Assembly (NCBI GenBank): GCA_017551005.1
Contig: JAFZNI010000339.1
Location: forward strand, 1-63,464
From: Prevotella sp.
GTDB taxonomy: Bacteria; Bacteroidota; Bacteroidia; Bacteroidales; Bacteroidaceae
Direction of reading: 5' to 3'
Length of the DNA stretch: 63,464 bases
Below, piece after piece: positions 1-8,763 of this stretch; positions within the stretch are counted from its first letter, which is position 1; each line of letters begins with the position of its first letter. Both the position numbers and the translations under genes were made by a program. A model generated the notes under the pieces. It searched no databases. It worked only from the letters and a program-made list of their open reading frames with translations, and was not told where the DNA came from.

Positions 1-12
1 CGTGAAAGGAAC

Positions 13-133
13 CTATTTAGGGTAAGAGCCCCAGTTGGTCTGGCAAGCGACTTATTAAAATAGAAGCACTTTTAAACTCCGTTTAGGACAGGAGTCCCAG
101 TTGCTCTGGCAAACGACCTGTTAAAACGGAGTT
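13..133 (-). ncRNA. Two tandem copies (66-nt period) of a candidate structured RNA hairpin directly downstream of the 151-aa gene
   Basis: Copy 1 (13-63) ctattt-agg-gtaag-agc-cccagttggtctggcaagcga-cttatt-aaaatag and copy 2 (79-129) ccgttt-agg-acagg-agt-cccagttgctctggcaaacga-cctgtt-aaaacgg align without gaps. Stem differences are compensatory. Strand is assumed from the adjacent gene. Confidence 0.6.
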
Positions 134-576
134 CCTTTTTTCAGGTTCTTTACTTCTGCGTCGAACATCGCCTGACTGATAATTGCGTAGGGCTTATACA
201 TTCCACCGTCAGCCATTTTGCGCATACATAGGATAGTTTTCGCGCCAAGTTCACGACTATAATAAGAAAAGTATGCCGTCTCAGGGTGTTTTCCCACAAT
301 CACCGAGCGCCATCCGAGATATTCTGCTTTTGAAAGATAACCAGGAATGTCTCTGGCTAATGCGTTTTTTATAGCATTGAACTTGTTGTTTTTCGTACTC
401 TTACCAACTATTGTTCGCAAATCAGACTTGGTAATCTCAACATTCATCGTTATTTCATTCGTTATGGTAAATCGCATGGGGTTACGCTTCAGTGCATCAG
501 CCATTTCCAACACCTCTTTACGAAGGCGCTTACTCTCACAATAGAATTCATCTGCTGTTCGCTTCTTGTCTTGCAT
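121..576 (-). CDS. Hypothetical 151-aa protein; pattern reminiscent of LPD3/BECR-like small nuclease-fold domains
   Basis: ATG-started ORF with its own Bacteroidetes promoter. The motif run VEITKSDL...NALARDIPGYLSKAEYLG...KH...FSYY...RKMADG..KPYAI is recognised by eye only. Confidence 0.6.
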   Translation of the reverse strand: MQDKKRTADEFYCESKRLRKEVLEMADALKRNPMRFTITNEITMNVEITKSDLRTIVGKSTKNNKFNAIKNALARDIPGYLSKAEYLGWRSVIVGKHPETAYFSYYSRELGAKTILCMRKMADGGMYKPYAIISQAMFDAEVKNLKKGTPF

Positions 577-669
577 ATTACTAGTTTAAAGAAACTACAT
601 TATGTAAAAGTGCAACGCCCATCGGCTTATCCCTCGTATTGGGCTGCATCATGTGGGCAGATGCAGGTG

Positions 670-701
670 CAAAAATACAAAGAATTTGGGAAATAAGCAA
701 A
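670..701 (-). promoter_or_regulatory. Bacteroidetes primary-sigma promoter (-33 TTTG / -7 TAnnTTTG) for the 151-aa gene
   Basis: Minus strand: TTTG (701-698), 20-nt spacer, TATTTTTG (677-670). Confidence 0.75.
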
Positions 702-808
702 AAAGAAGGGAAAAACTTGCAAGTTTCAGGAAAAGGTGCCAGAGATTCAGGGCTGATGATTCTAAAGTCGGAAGAATATGTCTGGATAGGGTTGGGACTT
801 TTCCAACC

Positions 809-1008
809 CCAAAAAGTATTCCCTTAAATGCGGGGGAATATATTTGCAAGCCAAAAAGTATTCCCTTGAAAGCGAGGGAATATATTTCCAAGCCAAAAAG
901 TATTCCCTTAAAAATGAGGGAATATATTTCAAACTCAAAAAATATTCCCTTAAATGCGAGGGAATATATTTCCAATCCGAAAAGTTTTCCCTTAAATCTA
1001 AGGGAAAA
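809..1008. repeat. Five tandem 42-bp palindrome-containing repeats
   Basis: Units start at 809, 851, 893, 935 and 977 (last partial). Consensus ccaaaaagTATTCCCTtaaatgcgAGGGAATAtatttccaag. Confidence 0.9.
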
Positions 1009-1044
1009 GATTGTTGGGTGTGCAAAGAAGTAAGCAGGATTCGA

Positions 1045-1761
1045 TTAATACACCACGTAGGGGGTGAGGCGGGCGATGGCTTCTGGAGGGAAGTCCTTGG
1101 AGAGGCGGAGATCGGCCAGAGACTTCAGCGGACCATGCAGGCGACGGTAATCCGTGATGGCGCGAGCCTGATAGAAGTTGATATAAGGATGTTTCTTCAG
1201 GTCGTTGAGCGAAAGCGTGTTGACATTCAACTTATGGGGCTGGGCGTTCTCTATGACCAGATAATCCTTGGCATCAAGAGGAAAATTCTCGATTTCATCG
1301 AGTTGATCGACACTGACATACCCTCCCAAACGCTGTCCGTACTGCACCACCTTGCGTGCAAAATAAGAGCCGATACCTGGCACCATCTTGAGTTGGGTGG
1401 TGTCAGCCGTATTGAGCACGATATGTTCACCCGCCTTGAGTTTCACCTGATAATGCGCCACCACAGAATCGTGCTCTACGTCTGTCAAAGCCTTCCCTCG
1501 ACTAAAAGCAGTATCACGATAGATGACCTTCGTACGGACATAGACAGTCTTAGTACGTTCCGAGTAAGACTTCTGATGGAAAGAGTCGCGAGTGGTTCGC
1601 TTTGCAGGGACGCTGTCAGCAGCCACGAGTGCATTCGACTCACTATTCTCGCCACCCGTCAAAAAGATGACACCCAAGGCAATGGCAATCACACAGAGCA
1701 AGGTGAGAATCACCTTACGATCCGACTTTCTCAGATAGAAGAATTCATTTAGTATTTTCAT
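1045..1761 (-). CDS. ComEA-like helix-hairpin-helix DNA-binding membrane protein
   Basis: N-terminal TM segment; LNTADTTQLKMVPGIGSYFARKVVQY..RLGG and LNVNTLS...HPYINFYQARAI..YR..HG HhH repeats. Confidence 0.85.
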   Translation of the reverse strand: MKILNEFFYLRKSDRKVILTLLCVIAIALGVIFLTGGENSESNALVAADSVPAKRTTRDSFHQKSYSERTKTVYVRTKVIYRDTAFSRGKALTDVEHDSVVAHYQVKLKAGEHIVLNTADTTQLKMVPGIGSYFARKVVQYGQRLGGYVSVDQLDEIENFPLDAKDYLVIENAQPHKLNVNTLSLNDLKKHPYINFYQARAITDYRRLHGPLKSLADLRLSKDFPPEAIARLTPYVVY

Positions 1762-1789
1762 AGTTTAAGGTAATCAACATTTTTCATTT

Positions 1790-3145
1790 TTATATGACTC
1801 CAAACTGATGCATCAGGATCAGGAAGATACAGACGGGTACGATATATCGGACGCAGAACACGTAGATGCCAAACAACGACTTCGCCCCCGTCGTCTCCCA
1901 GTTCGTGAACTCCTGGCGCACCAGTGTCTTCGAGGCAAACCAGCCTACGAGGATGCTCGTCAGAAGGGCGCCTGCAGGTAGCATGATCTGAGCCGTCAGA
2001 TAGTCGCAGAAGTCCATGAGCGGTTTGCCAAACACCTGTATCTCAGACCTCCCCACCGACAGGGAACAGAAGACGGCAATCACGCTGCACACCACCGTCA
2101 GAATCCAGGCCGCATACGAGCGTTTCATCTTCAGTTCCTCGTGGAAGAAAGCCGTACCAATCTCATGCATGGAGATGGTGGAGGTGAGGGCAGCGAACAC
2201 CAGCAGGGCGTAGAACATGATGGATATGACATAACCCAAGGCAGGCATAAACGCAAACGCCTGTTGGAACACATTCGGCAGGGTGATGAAGATGAGCGAG
2301 GGTCCACTGTCGGGCTGTACTCCTACGGAGAAGGCGGCAGGGAAGATCATGAGTCCCGCCAACAGCGCGATCAGAAAATCCAACAAGGCAATCTGCGTGG
2401 CAGATGCCAACAGACGGGTATGCTTCGAGAAATAACTGGCGTAGGTGCAGAGACAGGCCGTGCCAAGGCTCAGCGAGAAGAACGCCTGTCCCAAGGCCTC
2501 GAGGAATACGCTGTTGGTGACCTTCGAGAAATCAGGTTTCAACAGGAACTCAATACCCTTCGCTGCATTTGGCAACGAACAAGAGGCAATGACGATGACC
2601 AGCAACAGGACAAAGAGCAAGGGCATCAGCAATTTCGAGGCCCGTTCGATACCATTCTGCACACCCCGTACGATGATGAAATGCGTGATGAGGATAAAGG
2701 CAATACCCAAGACAGCCGGTTTCACAGGATCGCCAGAGAACGTCTGGAAGTACTGTTGCACATAGTCAGCATCACCCTTCAGACCTCCAATCGCAGACAC
2801 CCCCAGGTATTGCAGACACCAGCCAGCCACCACCGCATAGAAGCCAAGGATAATCGTGGAGGTGATGACACCTAAGATACCTACCAGTCCCCAGCCTTTG
2901 CCCTTGGTGAAACTGGCATAGGCACGATAGGCATTCGCCTGAGAGTGCCGGCCCACGATGAACTCGCTGACCATCCCAGGAATACCCAGTATCAGGATGC
3001 ACCCCAGATAAATCAGGATAAAGGCAGCACCACCGTTATGTCCCGTCATATACGGGAAGCGCCACACATTGCCCAGTCCGACAGCCGATCCCGCCGTCGC
3101 CAGCACTATGCCCAACCTGCTTCCGAAACCACCCCTCTCACTCAT
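1790..3145 (-). CDS. Sodium-dependent transporter, NSS/SNF family
   Basis: AGSAVGLGNVWRFPY signature, GQAFFSLSLG, GPSLIFITLP; many TM helices. Confidence 0.93.
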   Translation of the reverse strand: MSERGGFGSRLGIVLATAGSAVGLGNVWRFPYMTGHNGGAAFILIYLGCILILGIPGMVSEFIVGRHSQANAYRAYASFTKGKGWGLVGILGVITSTIILGFYAVVAGWCLQYLGVSAIGGLKGDADYVQQYFQTFSGDPVKPAVLGIAFILITHFIIVRGVQNGIERASKLLMPLLFVLLLVIVIASCSLPNAAKGIEFLLKPDFSKVTNSVFLEALGQAFFSLSLGTACLCTYASYFSKHTRLLASATQIALLDFLIALLAGLMIFPAAFSVGVQPDSGPSLIFITLPNVFQQAFAFMPALGYVISIMFYALLVFAALTSTISMHEIGTAFFHEELKMKRSYAAWILTVVCSVIAVFCSLSVGRSEIQVFGKPLMDFCDYLTAQIMLPAGALLTSILVGWFASKTLVRQEFTNWETTGAKSLFGIYVFCVRYIVPVCIFLILMHQFGVI

Positions 3146-3146
3146 A

Positions 3147-4517
3147 TTACAACAAGCCTAACTGATGCAGGAAGATAAACAGGATACAGAGCGGACAGAC
3201 GTACTTCACCAGGAAGAGGTAGACATGGAAATAGCGCGTCACACGCAGCGTACCATAGTTCGTAAACTCGTCGTGTACCAGTTTATGTGGCACGAACCAA
3301 CCAATCAAGATACAGGTCAGGAAGCCAACTATCGGCAGGAATATCTGTCCCGTCACGAAATCGAAGATGTCAAACAGCGATTTCCCCAAGACATGCATGA
3401 AATGACCTGTAGGTCCGAGCGACAGAGAACAGAAAGCACCGATGACACAGCAAGAGACAGTGACAATCAGGGCAGCCATCTTTCGCGTGATGTGGCACTC
3501 CTCCTGGAAGAACGATGTGCTCACCTCATGGAGCGACATCAGCGAGGTAAGAGCCGCCAACGACAGCAACAGATAGAACAGCAACGAGATAATATAACCC
3601 ACTATCGGTAGTCCGCTGAATGCCTGCTGAAATACATTTGGCAGGGTGATGAAGATCAGCGAGGGACCGCTGTCAGGATTCACACCCACGGAGAAGGCGG
3701 CAGGGAAGATCATCAGACCTGCGAGAATCGCCACGACGGAGTCGATGACACCAATCTGGACAGCAGAACTCGTCAGGTTCGTGGATTTCGAGAAGTAACT
3801 GGCATAGGTACAGATACAGCCCATCGCGATACTCATCGAGTAGAATGACTGTCCGAGGGCTCCGAGGAACACGTCGCCGTTGATCATATTCCAGTCAGGC
3901 TTGAACAGAAACTCAATGCCCTTGGAGGCATTCGGCAACAGACATGCTGCCACGACGATGATCAGTAATATTATAAATAAGGTGGGCATCAACAGTTTCG
4001 AAGCCCTTTCAATACCGTCGCGCACGCCATGCTCGATGATCAGATAGGTGGCAAGGAGCATCAGGATTGTCCAGAAGATAGGTTTCACGGGGTCTTCCGA
4101 GAACTGCACGAAATAATCCTTGAAGAACGCAGGATCGCCCCCGTTCAGATGACCGAGGAGCGAAGCCCAGATATACTGGAGGCACCAGCCAGACACCACG
4201 GCATAGTAGCCTGTGATGAGGAATCCGGTGAGCACACTCATATAACCGATGAACGACAGAGGGTTCCGGCCACCCACCTTACGATAGGCACGGGCCGTGT
4301 TGGCCTGCGCATGTCGTCCGATGATAAACTCGCTGATCATACAGGGGATGCCCAACAACAGCACGCATCCCACGTAGATGAGGATAAACACGGCTCCACC
4401 GTTCTGTCCCGTCATATAGGGGAAACGCCACACATTACCCAATCCTACTGCCGAACCGGCTGTGGCCAGGATGACCCCAAGTTTACTGCCGAAATTAGCC
4501 CTTTCCAGTTTAGCCAT
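3147..4517 (-). CDS. Sodium-dependent transporter, NSS/SNF family (tandem paralog)
   Basis: AGSAVGLGNVWRFPY, GQSFYSMS, GPSLIFITLP. Start moved to ATG 4517 (MAKLERANF) because the longer ORF start overlaps the promoter. Confidence 0.93.
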   Translation of the reverse strand: MAKLERANFGSKLGVILATAGSAVGLGNVWRFPYMTGQNGGAVFILIYVGCVLLLGIPCMISEFIIGRHAQANTARAYRKVGGRNPLSFIGYMSVLTGFLITGYYAVVSGWCLQYIWASLLGHLNGGDPAFFKDYFVQFSEDPVKPIFWTILMLLATYLIIEHGVRDGIERASKLLMPTLFIILLIIVVAACLLPNASKGIEFLFKPDWNMINGDVFLGALGQSFYSMSIAMGCICTYASYFSKSTNLTSSAVQIGVIDSVVAILAGLMIFPAAFSVGVNPDSGPSLIFITLPNVFQQAFSGLPIVGYIISLLFYLLLSLAALTSLMSLHEVSTSFFQEECHITRKMAALIVTVSCCVIGAFCSLSLGPTGHFMHVLGKSLFDIFDFVTGQIFLPIVGFLTCILIGWFVPHKLVHDEFTNYGTLRVTRYFHVYLFLVKYVCPLCILFIFLHQLGLL

Positions 4518-4542
4518 TATCTCTTTTCTCTCAATATTTGCC

Positions 4543-4624
4543 TGCAAAATTACAAAAAAAGCCACAGATTACACAGATTATCATAGAAAAATATGTTTAA
4601 TGCAAAATTATTTGTACCTTTGCA
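4543..4624. promoter_or_regulatory. Divergent promoter cassette, copy 1 (NSS genes leftward, vanZ-like gene rightward)
   Basis: TAATTTTG on minus (4552-4545) and TACCTTTG on plus (4615-4622); near-identical inverted copy at 8679-8761. Confidence 0.75.
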
Positions 4625-4640
4625 GCCTAATTAATGTTCA

Positions 4641-5024
4641 ATGGTCAATATAAAGAAATATCCGTTCTCCATGGTCTGTATCGCCCTGATATGGATCCTG
4701 TCGCTGACCCCTTTCTTCCCCGAGACACCACTCGACGATGTCCGTTTCATCGACAAATGGGTACATATCCTGATGTACGGTGGTACCTTCACCGTCGTCT
4801 GGCTGGAATACCATTTCAAGCACAAGAAACCTGATTGGGAAAAACTGTTCTTCTGGGGTTGGCTCGCTCCCATCCTGATGAGCGGACTCCTGGAGTTACT
4901 TCAAGAATACTGCACCTTCGGTCATCGCAGTGGCGACTGGATTGACCTCGCCGCCAATGCCACAGGGGTTACTGTCGCAGCCGTCATTGGACTGCTGATA
5001 ATAAAATTCGGAATTAGAAATTAG
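4641..5024 (+). CDS. VanZ family membrane protein
   Basis: DKWVHILMYG, LLELLQEY...RSGDWIDLAANATG motifs. Confidence 0.85.
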   Translation: MVNIKKYPFSMVCIALIWILSLTPFFPETPLDDVRFIDKWVHILMYGGTFTVVWLEYHFKHKKPDWEKLFFWGWLAPILMSGLLELLQEYCTFGHRSGDWIDLAANATGVTVAAVIGLLIIKFGIRN

Positions 5025-5026
5025 GG

Positions 5027-5515
5027 TTACCTCATTTCTGATTTCCAATTGGAATAAGGATTCTTTCTCAGATGTGAGTTATAGTAACGGCTATCGCCGG
5101 TCACTTCCTGACCGATGAAATCGGGCTTTTCATAAGATTCATCCTCTGCGCCGAGTTCCACCTCAGCGATTACCAGGCCTTCGTTCTCGCCAAAGAACTC
5201 GTCCACCTCGAAGGTGTGTTTGCCGCTCTTCACCAGGTAACGGGTCTTGTCGATGATGCCCGGCTCACAGAGTTTCATCAGTTGTTCCGCCTCATCGAGC
5301 GTAATCTCCTTCTCAAACTCATAGCGGCTCAGTCCACCGTTCTCCGAGGGACCTTTGATGGTCAGGTATCCGCGTTCGTCACGGATGCGCACCCTAACGG
5401 TACGTCCGTGACTACTGCTGATATACCCTTGTTTAATGTGGCTCTGACCATAGGCCTGTTGCTTATAGCCTTCGCCTTTCACCAGGAATTTGCGTTCTAT
5501 CTCCAGTCCGCTCAT
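5027..5515 (-). CDS. CYTH domain protein (triphosphate tunnel metalloenzyme)
   Basis: EIERKFLV, RVRIR, LTIKG, EFEKEI, KTRY, EVDEF, AEVEL motifs. Confidence 0.92.
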   Translation of the reverse strand: MSGLEIERKFLVKGEGYKQQAYGQSHIKQGYISSSHGRTVRVRIRDERGYLTIKGPSENGGLSRYEFEKEITLDEAEQLMKLCEPGIIDKTRYLVKSGKHTFEVDEFFGENEGLVIAEVELGAEDESYEKPDFIGQEVTGDSRYYNSHLRKNPYSNWKSEMR

Positions 5516-5673
5516 TAAGAAACGATAAAGACGGAATAGACCACGAACAAGAGGGCGAGCGCGATGAGTGCTGCGAAAATCCAGTTCACCACTTTCTTAC
5601 CCTTGTCTTCTACTTTCTTCTGATAAGCCGCCTTCTTACCGGTCGACTTTGATGCTCTTGCAATCTGTGCCAT
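5515..5673 (-). CDS. 52-aa small membrane protein (absent from the ORF track)
   Basis: Translates MAQIARASKSTGKKAAYQKKVEDKGKKVVNWIFAALIALALLFVVYSVFIVS*; its stop overlaps the CYTH start (TAATG). Confidence 0.75.
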   Translation of the reverse strand: MAQIARASKSTGKKAAYQKKVEDKGKKVVNWIFAALIALALLFVVYSVFIVS

Positions 5674-5700
5674 AATGCTTTGTTTTTAATTTATTATTGA

Positions 5701-6825
5701 TTATTGTTCTTCGTCGTTCACTGGAAATTCCATGAGGTAGGCCTTGATGAAGTCATCGATCTTGCCGTTCATGACAGCATCGACATCGGTGGTCTGGTAG
5801 TTGGTACGGTGATCCTTGACACGACGGTCATCGAAGACGTAAGAACGGATCTGACTGCCCCACTCTATCTTCTTCTTCCCCGCCTCGATCTTCGCCTGGG
5901 CCTCTAAGCGCTTCTTCATCGCACGGTCGTAGAGTTGTGACTTCAACAAGGTCATAGCCCGTTCCTTGTTCTTAGGTTGGTCACGCGTCTCGGTATTCTC
6001 GATGAGGATCTCCTCTTCCTCGCCTGTATCGGGGTCGGTGTACCAGTATCTGAGTCGCACACCCGACTCCACCTTGTTCACGTTCTGTCCACCTGCACCC
6101 GAGGAGCGGAAAGTGTCCCACGACAGTTTGGCGGGATCGACATACACCTCGATGGTGTCATCCACCAGTGGCGAGACGAACACCGAGGCGAACGAGGTCA
6201 TACGCTTGCCCTGAGCATTGAATGGTGACACGCGCACCAGACGGTGGACACCGTTCTCCGATTTCAGGTAACCGTAGGCATAGTCGCCGCCCTCTATCTG
6301 CATCGTCACACTCTTGATACCGGCCTCATCACCGTCGAGCAGGTTGGATATCGTCACCTTATAACCATGTGCCTCCGCCCAACGCATATACATACGCATC
6401 AGCATCGAGGCCCAGTCCTGTGCCTCCGTGCCACCGGCACCCGAGTTGATCTTCAGCACCGCCTCCATCGGGTCTTCTTTCTGACGGAGCATATTCTTCA
6501 GTTCCAAGTCCTCGATGGCCTGGATGGCCTTGGCGTAGGTGTCCTCCACCTCCTCCTCTGTCACCATCTCGTCCTTGTAGAAGTCGAAGGCCAGTTGCAG
6601 TTCGTCGGCTAAGGTACGCACCTCCTTATAGCCGTCGAGCCATTTCTTGATGCCCTTCACCTTCTTCATCTGTTCCTCGGCCCGCTTGCGGTCTTCCCAG
6701 AAGTCAGGGGCCTGCGTACGAAGATCCTCCTCTTCGTACTCCATCTGTTTCTTATCTATCTCGAGGTACCGGTGCAACGCATCGGCCCGCTCCAAAACGT
6801 CTTTCAGTTGATCCTGAGTAATCAC
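5701..6825 (-). CDS. prfB: Peptide chain release factor 2 (continuous ORF, GTG start)
   Basis: GAGGTEAQDW, GVHRLVRVSPF (SPF specificity tripeptide), GAGGQ, WGSQIRSYV. Confidence 0.97.
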   Translation of the reverse strand: MITQDQLKDVLERADALHRYLEIDKKQMEYEEEDLRTQAPDFWEDRKRAEEQMKKVKGIKKWLDGYKEVRTLADELQLAFDFYKDEMVTEEEVEDTYAKAIQAIEDLELKNMLRQKEDPMEAVLKINSGAGGTEAQDWASMLMRMYMRWAEAHGYKVTISNLLDGDEAGIKSVTMQIEGGDYAYGYLKSENGVHRLVRVSPFNAQGKRMTSFASVFVSPLVDDTIEVYVDPAKLSWDTFRSSGAGGQNVNKVESGVRLRYWYTDPDTGEEEEILIENTETRDQPKNKERAMTLLKSQLYDRAMKKRLEAQAKIEAGKKKIEWGSQIRSYVFDDRRVKDHRTNYQTTDVDAVMNGKIDDFIKAYLMEFPVNDEEQ

Positions 6826-6848
6826 AATTTCTAATTCCTAATATCTAA

Positions 6849-8657
6849 TTATTCAGTGTACATCGCATCGATCTCCCGCTTGTAGTTCTCGTTCAGCACA
6901 CGACGCTTGAGTTTCAGCGTGTTCGTCAGTTCGCCCTTCTCCATCGAGAAATGGTGGGGCAACAGGGTGAAACGCTTGATCTGCTCATAGTGGGCCAACT
7001 GCTGCTGGAGGGTGTCTATACGCTCCTTCATCATCTCGTTGACCTTCGGGTCGGCACAGAGTTGTTCACGGTTCTCAAACGGGATATGGTGCTCACGGGC
7101 ATATTCCTCCAGCAACGGATAGACGGGGATGATCAGCGCAGACACGAACTTCCGCTGGTCGGCGATAATGGCTATCTGGTCGATGAACTTATCCACAAGC
7201 AACTTCGACTCAATCATCTGCGGGGCGATATACTTGCCGTTCGAGGTCTTGTAGAGATCCTTGATGCGCTCCTTCAGGAACAGTTCGCCGTCCTTCAGAT
7301 AACCCGAGTCGCCTGTCCGGAAGTAGCCGTCCTCGGTAAATGCCTCCCGCGTCAGGTCGTCACGGTTGTAGTAGCCGATGGTGATGGTGGGGCCTTTCAA
7401 CAGCACCTCACCCTCGTCGCTGATACGGATGTCGATGCCCTCGATGGGAATACCGACACCGCCCACCGTCCAAGGTTCACCATAATGGTTACAACTCACG
7501 GTGGCAAGACTCTCGGTGAGTCCATAGCCCACAATCATATTGATGCCGATGGCATGCACGAACTCCTCCACCTGCGGATTCACCGTGGCACCTGCCGTGG
7601 GGAAGAAATGCGCATTCTCCAGTCCTAACTCCTTGCGGACGAGTGAAAAAACCGTCTTGTTGAGCATCTCGTACTCCAGATGCAATGCCAGTGGCGGACG
7701 CTTGCCCTTCGACAGGTAGTCGATGTTATGCCTCTTACCGACGATCAGGGCATGCTGGAAGAGTTTTCGCTTCGGAGCACTTGCCTTCTCAATCTGTTCC
7801 AGTACCCCCATATACACCTTCTCCCAGAAGCGTGGCACCGACGACATACAGGTGGGATGTGTCTCCTTCATCGACTGCTGCACCTCCAGAGGATACGTGT
7901 TCACGATGAGCGTGGCACCCTCCGTGAGACAGAGGATCTTCCAGCCTTTCTCGAAGATATGCGTAAACGGCAGGAAGTTGAGCACACGGTCTTTCTCGCC
8001 CACCGGCACACATTTGTCGTTGGCAATCATGGCAGCATGGTACTGTCCACAGGTCAGGATGACCCCCTTCGAGTCGCCCGTCGTACCTGAGGTATAGAGG
8101 ATATTCGCGATATCGTCCATCGAGGCCTGGGCCTGCAGCGCCTCCACCTCCGTCTGACGGGGCAGGTTCTCGCCCAGTTTCAGGAAGTCGTCGAAGTACA
8201 TCGCGTTGGGATCATGAGTAGAGATACGTACGTTCTTGTCGAAGATGATAATCCGCTCCAAGGTCTGACACATCGACACCACGCGACGGGCCTTGTCATA
8301 CTGTTCCTGTTCACCGACGAAGAGGAAACGTATCTTCGCGTCGCTGACCATAAACTGTATCTGTTGCTCCGACGAGGTGGCATAGAAGGGGATGGTCACC
8401 GCCCGGATGCCCCATGCACCGAAGTCGGCAAAGAGGTACTGGATGGAGTTCTGCGAGAACACGCCCACGTTCTCCTGCACCTTCACGCCGAGGTTCAGCA
8501 GTGCGTTCGACACCTGCTTGACCTTGTCAGCGAACTGGTTCCAGGACATCGACTTCCATTCCTTGCCGCCGAAGTCCTTATATATCAGTGCCTCGCGATC
8601 ACCGTATTTCTGGGCCTGGTCGTGTATCAAACGGGATAAATGACTGTTTGTCTGCAT
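6849..8657 (-). CDS. Long-chain fatty acid-CoA ligase (AMP-dependent synthetase)
   Basis: YTSGTTGDSKGV AMP-binding loop, GYGLTES, FRTGDSG, ELTNTLKLKR. Confidence 0.92.
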   Translation of the reverse strand: MQTNSHLSRLIHDQAQKYGDREALIYKDFGGKEWKSMSWNQFADKVKQVSNALLNLGVKVQENVGVFSQNSIQYLFADFGAWGIRAVTIPFYATSSEQQIQFMVSDAKIRFLFVGEQEQYDKARRVVSMCQTLERIIIFDKNVRISTHDPNAMYFDDFLKLGENLPRQTEVEALQAQASMDDIANILYTSGTTGDSKGVILTCGQYHAAMIANDKCVPVGEKDRVLNFLPFTHIFEKGWKILCLTEGATLIVNTYPLEVQQSMKETHPTCMSSVPRFWEKVYMGVLEQIEKASAPKRKLFQHALIVGKRHNIDYLSKGKRPPLALHLEYEMLNKTVFSLVRKELGLENAHFFPTAGATVNPQVEEFVHAIGINMIVGYGLTESLATVSCNHYGEPWTVGGVGIPIEGIDIRISDEGEVLLKGPTITIGYYNRDDLTREAFTEDGYFRTGDSGYLKDGELFLKERIKDLYKTSNGKYIAPQMIESKLLVDKFIDQIAIIADQRKFVSALIIPVYPLLEEYAREHHIPFENREQLCADPKVNEMMKERIDTLQQQLAHYEQIKRFTLLPHHFSMEKGELTNTLKLKRRVLNENYKREIDAMYTE

Positions 8658-8678
8658 ACGTATCGTATTTATTTTGGA

Positions 8679-8761
8679 TGCAAAGGTACAAATATTTTTG
8701 CATTAAACATATTTTTTCTTTGATAATCTGTGTAATCTGTGGCTTTTTTTGTACTTTTGCA
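8679..8761. promoter_or_regulatory. Divergent promoter cassette, copy 2 (acyl-CoA ligase/prfB operon leftward, GNAT rightward)
   Basis: Reverse complement of 4543-4624 with 3 substitutions and 1 indel; TACCTTTG on minus (8688-8681), TACTTTTG on plus (8752-8759). Confidence 0.75.
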
Positions 8762-8763
8762 GC

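Noticed and set aside
13-133. Simple intrinsic terminators or tRNA
   Set aside because: No U-tract follows the stems and there is no cloverleaf or T-loop; conserved internal loops argue for a different structured element.
809-1008. CRISPR array
   Set aside because: Units are contiguous 42-bp repeats without unique spacers, and no cas genes are present in the window.
639-1033. ORFs 649-975, 653-1033, 762-1025 and the start of 844-1752
   Set aside because: They are open only because the 42-bp repeat is a multiple of 3, and they overlap a promoter or the ComEA-like gene antisense.
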